From a virus (taxonomy: Duplodnaviria > Caudoviricetes): a stretch of DNA of 64,000 nucleotides. The DNA lies in IMG/VR virus record IMGVR_UViG_2737471636_000001, positions 1-64,000 of that record; one strand, given 5' to 3'. The position numbers and the translations under genes were made by a program. The notes below the pieces were generated by a model, which made no database searches, had not been told where the DNA came from, and saw only the letters and a program-made list of their open reading frames with translations. Position 1 is the first letter of the stretch. Every line of letters begins with the position of its first letter. Positions 59,181-64,000 of the stretch are shown piece after piece.

Positions 59181-59956
59181 TTTTGCGCTCTCATTTCCGG
59201 TGGTTCCCAGTCACTAACTGTTTCAAGATTGTTCTGCAGCAATGCTTCTGCCTTGTTCGGGATCTTGCCTTGCAGCACCTTTCCTTTCGCCTTGGCTGCT
59301 TCTGTGCGCTGCCCTTTCACGATGCCGAGTACGTAGGCAAAACCTTTGCTTTTATCCTTGGCCGTTCGTGCTGCATGCATGAATTCATCAATCGTTGCAC
59401 CCGCTTCGATGAGCATCAAAAGCTCAGGATGTGAAGGATTTAAATCGATAATTCCGATTTTTTTGATGGCAAGACACACGCTTGCCGCTGGTGTTGGGTT
59501 GCTACTCTGTTGGGAGGGATAATCAGTGTGTATTATTTCTTCACTGGTTAATGGTTCTTGGTTTATGGTTCTTGGTTCTTGGTTAGGTGGCGGTTCGTTC
59601 ACGCTTGAGCACGGTTCGTGCACGGTGCGTGTTCTATTTCTTCTTTTCTCTTCACGCTCCGTTGCTATTCTTTTGTTTGTTGATGCATTTTCGTGATATT
59701 TGCTAATTTCTTCTTGAATACGATTCTGGTAATAAACACCATCAACAAGATCGAAAAATTTGCTTAATACAAACTTAACTGCCGCTTCTTCTTCAGGAGT
59801 TCTAACCCAGCACCACTCCAAAGCTTCTTCAAGAGTAGGGAAACGTTCACGGTCATAGCACGAATGGATCAAAAGTGTGTACGCTCCGTGCTCAAGCATT
59901 GAAAGACGTCCTGCTTTCTTTGCGTAGTCACCTATGTTCATCTTGAAGTAATGCAT
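59177..59956 (-). CDS. YdaU/DUF1376-family replication initiator (O-like)
   Basis: MHYFKMNIGDY..LSMLEHGAY..L..Y; NQEP repeats. Confidence 0.85.
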   Translation of the reverse strand: MHYFKMNIGDYAKKAGRLSMLEHGAYTLLIHSCYDRERFPTLEEALEWCWVRTPEEEAAVKFVLSKFFDLVDGVYYQNRIQEEISKYHENASTNKRIATEREEKRRNRTRTVHEPCSSVNEPPPNQEPRTINQEPLTSEEIIHTDYPSQQSSNPTPAASVCLAIKKIGIIDLNPSHPELLMLIEAGATIDEFMHAARTAKDKSKGFAYVLGIVKGQRTEAAKAKGKVLQGKIPNKAEALLQNNLETVSDWEPPEMRAQK

Positions 59957-60144
59957 TATTTAAAACCAATAAAAAACCCGCATGCTTGAGCGATCAAACA
60001 CACGGGTATAAAACAAGCGGACATTATTAAAACGCCTGTCAGAAGTTTTGCGCGATTCCGACTATGCGATACGGGTCGCACATCGCGCTGCGGTATATCC
60101 AAAGAATAAACTGATGGCCTAAGGATATTGTTCATTTCATTCAT
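59956..60144 (-). CDS. Small membrane protein
   Basis: 62 aa with C-terminal TM, overlapping neighbours in operon fashion. Confidence 0.5.
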   Translation of the reverse strand: MNEMNNILRPSVYSLDIPQRDVRPVSHSRNRAKLLTGVLIMSACFIPVCLIAQACGFFIGFK

Positions 60145-60607
60145 TGAATGAGTTGTAAAGCTGAGTTGTTATTTGCATCAGGTGCAAAAGTAAGGGTCTC
60201 AATTTTTGACGCTCACTTGCATCAAAATGAAAATCTTGTGCGGCATCGCTGCCTTCTTTTAGTAGCGTGGAAGTGCTGGCAACCAAGGATAGGAAAGTTT
60301 TTACCTGACATTTTGGTTCGGTTTGTTCCAGCGACAGATCCACATCAATGGTTGCCTGACCGATTAAGTAAGCCAGTGAAAAAATAGTGGCTTTGGCCTG
60401 GCAATGAATAATGATTTCTAAAAGGACAGAAAAAGAAGGCGGTAATGCTTCATGATCCGGATTCAAATGATTGGCAAGTGTTGTTGGATTCATTCCCAGC
60501 ACACCTGCCAACGCGGTAATTCCGCCAGGAAATTTCTTGGCATCAGCTTGCAAAGACAGAAACAATGATCTGTAAATCTGCTTTGTTAATCTAGATGAAT
60601 GTCTCAT
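60137..60607 (-). CDS. Phage regulatory CII-family protein
   Basis: PGGITALA..LGMNPTTLAN.LNP motif; follows cro. Confidence 0.75.
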   Translation of the reverse strand: MRHSSRLTKQIYRSLFLSLQADAKKFPGGITALAGVLGMNPTTLANHLNPDHEALPPSFSVLLEIIIHCQAKATIFSLAYLIGQATIDVDLSLEQTEPKCQVKTFLSLVASTSTLLKEGSDAAQDFHFDASERQKLRPLLLHLMQITTQLYNSFNE

Positions 60608-60677
60608 AAAGCGAAACCTCTTGACGTTTCGTCTAGCTGATCATTTTTAGGATATGGATAATGAGCGGCATGAATAT

Positions 60678-60920
60678 TCATGCCGCTTTTTCTGATTTTG
60701 GTTCATCGATTGGGTAAATGCTGGGGCTCAATCTATGCCGAGTTACCCTGCAAGAAGTAGCTTTTTCTATTGGAATTACAAAGTCAGGGTTGATAACACC
60801 ATGCCTAAGCCAGTAACTAATGTTTTGCTGTTTAGTTCCTATAGCTTCGGCCAGCAAGGTCTGAGAACCCAGGATATGAATGGCCTCCAACAATGCAGAT
60901 TGCTGTATTTTATTTTTCAT
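60678..60920 (-). CDS. cro: Cro/YdaS-like HTH regulator
   Basis: GSQTLLAEAIGTKQQNISYW..IEKAT..VTRHRL.P.IY. Confidence 0.85.
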   Translation of the reverse strand: MKNKIQQSALLEAIHILGSQTLLAEAIGTKQQNISYWLRHGVINPDFVIPIEKATSCRVTRHRLSPSIYPIDEPKSEKAA

Positions 60921-60947
60921 TTTTAAAATTGTATGACTGAATCGTTT

Positions 60948-61007
60948 ACAAGTCTATTTGTAGCAGATAACAAAGAGACTTGTCAACAACAATACAAATT
61001 TATTTGT
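60948..61007. promoter_or_regulatory. Three operators ACAA-N6-TTGT (60948-60961, 60970-60983, 60994-61007) with divergent promoters
   Basis: Three exact half-site palindromes between cro and cI; TTGACA on the minus strand at 60981-60986. Confidence 0.85.
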
Positions 61008-61019
61008 ATCATTTCCAAT

Positions 61020-61472
61020 ATGAAAGAAGAATTTTCAACCTACCGAGGAAGATTGAATTGGGCGCTTAAAAAGGCGGGAATGAGTCAGACTGATCTGGCC
61101 AAGCTTTGCGGCTTGAAACCACAGGCTGTTCAATATTTGTGCGATCAAAAAAATAATGCTCAAGGAAGTATTCATAACGCGAAATTTGCTCATCACTTAA
61201 AGGTATCAGCGCTATGGTTAGAGGCAAATATGGGAGAGCCTTTAACTGAGGACAGATTAAAGGAAGTTGAGAAAGAACTGGAAAAAACTAAAGAAGACCT
61301 TAATAAAACAATAGATACGGTAAGGTCATGGGGGGTTGAGGATATTAATTCTGTAGATGTTGAATTATCAGAGATATTTAGCAGCGCTTACAAAGTGAGA
61401 GTTGAGGATAGACCTCATGTCACCAAAATCGTTAAGACTTTTATTAGAAAACCAAGAAAGGCAGAAGGATAG
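61020..61472 (+). CDS. CI-like repressor (HTH only, no S24 peptidase domain)
   Basis: RLNWALKKAGMSQTDLAKLCG..LKVSALWL; divergent from cro; ATG 61020 lies 7 nt after TATCAT with no SD (possibly leaderless). Confidence 0.8.
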   Translation: MKEEFSTYRGRLNWALKKAGMSQTDLAKLCGLKPQAVQYLCDQKNNAQGSIHNAKFAHHLKVSALWLEANMGEPLTEDRLKEVEKELEKTKEDLNKTIDTVRSWGVEDINSVDVELSEIFSSAYKVRVEDRPHVTKIVKTFIRKPRKAEG

Positions 61473-61589
61473 ATACGATTCAGAAGGAAATATTAGAAAT
61501 ATAAGTGATCGATGCGAATTTTATCGATGTAAATGCAAAACAGGATGAACACTTAAGAACTTCGATCCCGATTTTAATTTTGTAAAGAT

Positions 61590-61699
61590 AAATGCGCCGT
61601 TTAGGTGAAGTGCAGTTTTGACTTAACCCAGTTATCCAGTGAACTCCATGACACATAGATAACTGGAAGATTCGGAAAACATTGGGGGGCTCCGAATCT
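61590..61699 (-). ncRNA. Putative sRNA copy A (terminator degenerate)
   Basis: Hairpins AGATTCGGA/TCCGAATCT and CCAGTTATC/GATAACTGG; box at 61733-61748; only one arm of the GCGCATTT terminator remains. Confidence 0.6.
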
Positions 61700-61754
61700 T
61701 CTTTTATTATTTATTAAATTAATAAATTAGTTTGTTCGATAGTTAACAGTGAAG

Positions 61755-61885
61755 AAAAAAGCGCATCCACAAAAGTAAATGCGCTTTCATCAAGGAGAAA
61801 ATTGAAATGAAAACCCGGTTATTACTGAGAGTATGGGCTCAGAAATAACCGGAAGATTCCAAGTTTATTGAGAAACATAGAATCT
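61755..61885 (-). ncRNA. Putative sRNA copy B (~131 nt)
   Basis: AGATTC/GAATCT hairpin, CCGGTTATT/AATAACCGG hairpin, AAGCGCAT..ATGCGCTTTTTT terminator; box at 61919-61934. Confidence 0.75.
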
Positions 61886-61940
61886 GGAAAAATAATGCCT
61901 AATTCATTTAAATTTTTATGTTCGGTGTCTAACGTTAAAT

Positions 61941-62072
61941 AAAAAAAGCGCATCTACAAAAAGTAAATGCGCTTAAAGCCTCGAGAATTATGAAACCCGG
62001 TTAATCTCAATGTGCCCTAATGAGTACAACAATAACCGGGAGATTCAATGCTGATTGAGAGACACCGAATCT
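61941..62072 (-). ncRNA. Putative sRNA copy C (~132 nt)
   Basis: Same three-hairpin layout; box at 62106-62121. Confidence 0.75.
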
Positions 62073-62124
62073 ATTAAAATAATGACTGATTTGGTTTGAT
62101 ACGTATGTTCGATTTCTAACTTAT

Positions 62125-62232
62125 AAAAAAAGCGCATTCCCAGGGAAGAACGCGCTTAAAGTGCAGAAACACGATCCGGCTATAACGGAATAAGAAATAG
62201 CCGTAGATTTAGGAACAGGAGTAACTAAATCT
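62125..62232 (-). ncRNA. Putative sRNA copy D (~108 nt)
   Basis: AGATTTAG/CTAAATCT, CGGCTAT/ATAGCCG and terminator hairpins; box at 62266-62281. Confidence 0.75.
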
Positions 62233-62284
62233 AATTTAAATTTATTAGAAAATTGATCCCTCTTCTGTTCATTTCCTAACAGAA

Positions 62285-62431
62285 ATGAATTTTTTAAGAT
62301 GGGTCTATACAGCAATCTCTTATATAGCTGCTGGCTGGACTGCAATTACTTGGATTTTTGGCAAGAAGAAACGCAGCATTATAAAGAAAGCGCGTTTCTT
62401 AAAATGGGGATCAAGAAACGCGCTTAAATGA
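62285..62431 (+). CDS. Possible 48-aa membrane peptide (type I toxin-like)
   Basis: MNFLRWVYTAISYIAAGWTAITWIFGKKKRSIIKKARFLKWGSRNALK; hydrophobic then basic; no SD. Confidence 0.35.
   Translation: MNFLRWVYTAISYIAAGWTAITWIFGKKKRSIIKKARFLKWGSRNALK
62383..62425 (-). terminator. Intrinsic terminator of a sixth, divergent minus-strand transcript
   Basis: Perfect 13-bp stem AAGCGCGTTTCTT/AAGAAACGCGCTT followed by TCTTT. Confidence 0.65.
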
Positions 62432-62597
62432 CAACCTCTTGAGGTAGATTGAAGGGCCATTCACAATATACTCCCTCCAATGTGAATATTTTGTGATAAT
62501 AAAACACATACTTTAGATAAATAATATATTCATAAATCTGCCATTGTTGCAGATCAATACTAATAATTTGTAAAAATATCCAGGGTGTTGAGAAAAC

Positions 62598-62718
62598 AAA
62601 AAAAGCGCACCCACCTGGAGTAAATGCGCTTAAAGTGCATGAACAACATAACCGGCTATTTACTGGCTTAAGGAAATAGCCGGAGATTTAGCAAAAGCCT
62701 ACGGGAGTTACTAAATCT
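62598..62718 (-). ncRNA. Putative sRNA copy E (~121 nt)
   Basis: AGATTTAG/CTAAATCT, CCGGCTATTT/AAATAGCCGG and terminator hairpins; box at 62752-62767. Confidence 0.75.
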
Positions 62719-62789
62719 GTGAAGATGATCGCTCACTTTCAGTCGTTATTCTGTACGGTTTGTAACAAAACTTATATTAATAATTCCAA

Positions 62790-64000
62790 ATGGCCCGCTC
62801 AATCGCCCTCATCGATGTCAATAACTTCTATGTAAGTTGCGAGAGAGTTTTTAATCCAAAGCTCGAAGATGTGCCGGTTGTGGTGTTATCCAATAACGAT
62901 GGCTGCGCCGTCGCCAGAAGCAATGAAGTAAAAGCTCTTGGTGTAAAAATGGGCCAACCGTGGTTTCAGCTAAAAGATCTTGCCAAAAAACATGGAATCA
63001 TAGCCTACTCATCCAATTACACGCTATACGCCGATATGAGCGACCGGGTAATGAGCATACTATCGGAATATAGCCCCAACCAAGAAATCTATTCGATCGA
63101 TGAATGCTTTTTGGATCTTACTGGATTCCAGGAGCATACCAATTATGGGCAAAGCATCAGGCAGAGAATCAAACAATGGACTGGATTGCCGGTTTGCGTC
63201 GGAATTGGTGGTACCAAGACACTTTCTAAACTGGCCAATCATGTTGCAAAGAAAAATGCTAACTTTAACGGTGTCTGCGATCTGAATGCTTTTTCCCCTG
63301 CCCTGCATGATGAATGGTTGAGCCGTATTGAAGTAGGTGAAGTTTGGGGAATCGGCAGAAAACTTGCACCCAAACTGAATAAACACGGAATTAAAACTGT
63401 CCTGGATTTGAAAAATTCCAATTCAAAACGTCTCAGGGAGGAATTCAGCGTGGTTATGGAAAAAACTATCCGTGAATTGAATGGTGTGCCCTGCATCGAA
63501 CTGGAAGAAATCTCGCCACCCAAGAAGCAGATCATCAGCTCAAGATCGTTTGGTATAACGGTAAAAGATCTCAAGAGCCTGGAACAATCAGTATCCTCTC
63601 ACATTGCCAAAGCTGCAGAAAAATTACGCCAGCAACAATCATATGCCGGTTCGGTACATGTATTCATCACCACAAGCCGGTTCAATAAGCCAGAAGAGAA
63701 CTATCACAACACCTATAAGATCAAGCTTCCAACGCAATCGGCCGATACTATTTTACTCACCAAAGCGGCGTTGTGGGGGTTGCACAAGATCTATCGAAGC
63801 GGATACAAATACAACAAAGCCGGAGTAATGCTCTCGGATTTTGTAACTAATGAGAATCGTCAGAACGATATGTTCGGTCTTAGATTGGAGGATGGTAAAT
63901 CAAAACGTTTAATGAAAGTAATGGATCAAATTAACGCTAGAATGGGCAAGGGAACTATTAAGTTAGCTTCGGAAGGCACTGATCAGCATTGGAATATGAA
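62790..64000 (+). CDS. umuC: Y-family DNA polymerase V subunit UmuC (runs off window end)
   Basis: [46 protein letters not shown]; absent from the ORF track because no stop lies in the window. Confidence 0.95.
   Translation, partial: MARSIALIDVNNFYVSCERVFNPKLEDVPVVVLSNNDGCAVARSNEVKALGVKMGQPWFQLKDLAKKHGIIAYSSNYTLYADMSDRVMSILSEYSPNQEIYSIDECFLDLTGFQEHTNYGQSIRQRIKQWTGLPVCVGIGGTKTLSKLANHVAKKNANFNGVCDLNAFSPALHDEWLSRIEVGEVWGIGRKLAPKLNKHGIKTVLDLKNSNSKRLREEFSVVMEKTIRELNGVPCIELEEISPPKKQIISSRSFGITVKDLKSLEQSVSSHIAKAAEKLRQQQSYAGSVHVFITTSRFNKPEENYHNTYKIKLPTQSADTILLTKAALWGLHKIYRSGYKYNKAGVMLSDFVTNENRQNDMFGLRLEDGKSKRLMKVMDQINARMGKGTIKLASEGTDQHWNM

Larger units (their letters stand above)
1..64000. mobile_element. 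Temperate myophage/prophage: P1-like morphogenesis and Dar anti-restriction module plus lambdoid immunity/replication region; ends not in window
   Basis: Contiguous terminase, portal, protease, capsid, sheath, baseplate, tail fibre, lysis, darA/darB/ulx-like, cI/cro/cII and replication genes; no host housekeeping genes. Confidence 0.95.

Noticed and set aside
61807-61848. Plus-strand mini-ORF MKTRLLLRVWAQK with AAGGAG SD in copy B
   Set aside because: Not conserved in the other copies (MKPG, MNNITGYLLA or none); terminator U-tracts and promoter geometry point to the minus strand
61590-62718. CsrA/RsmA-sponge interpretation
   Set aside because: Loop GGA motifs occur mainly on the non-transcribed (plus) strand
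61590-62767. CRISPR array, TIGR-like array or tRNA cluster interpretation of the repeats
   Set aside because: Units are 160-190 bp with their own promoter and terminator, repeats are not identical, there is no cas/Tas-like gene in the window, and no tRNA cloverleaf or T-loop motif

Overview
The window is almost entirely one temperate myophage (prophage) from a roughly 45% GC proteobacterium; neither end of the element is visible. It joins a P1-like virion module to a lambdoid early region. The virion module has portal, protease, capsid, sheath, tube, baseplate, a Sit-like tape measure, PacA/B-like terminase and the head-packaged anti-restriction set hdf-darA-ddrB-like/darB-ulx. The early region has cI/cro with three 434-type operators, cII, O/P-like replication genes, a methylase and RusA. 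Three accessory inserts are visible. (1) At 15.7-18.9 kb, integron-type gene cassettes (attC sites, no integrase in the window) carry a CdnE + patatin CBASS and a permuted NlpC/P60 gene. (2) At 48.2-51.6 kb lies what looks like an inovirus/IMEX remnant (inverted XerD-type arms, a DUF3653/XafT-like gene, a Zot-C-terminus-like pseudogene, AT-rich cargo). (3) At 61.6-62.8 kb, between cI and a umuC gene lacking an upstream umuD, is an ORF-poor array of five paralogous minus-strand small-RNA genes. Each has its own promoter (a GTT-N8-AAC-type box centred at -41.5 and a -10 at fixed spacing), two conserved-stem hairpins with variable loops and, in four of five, an intrinsic terminator. This array is the best candidate for an undescribed system. 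A recurrent late-promoter motif (GGAAAA-N28/29-[-10]) occurs 8 times ahead of structural operons. All family assignments come from recalled motifs, not database searches.
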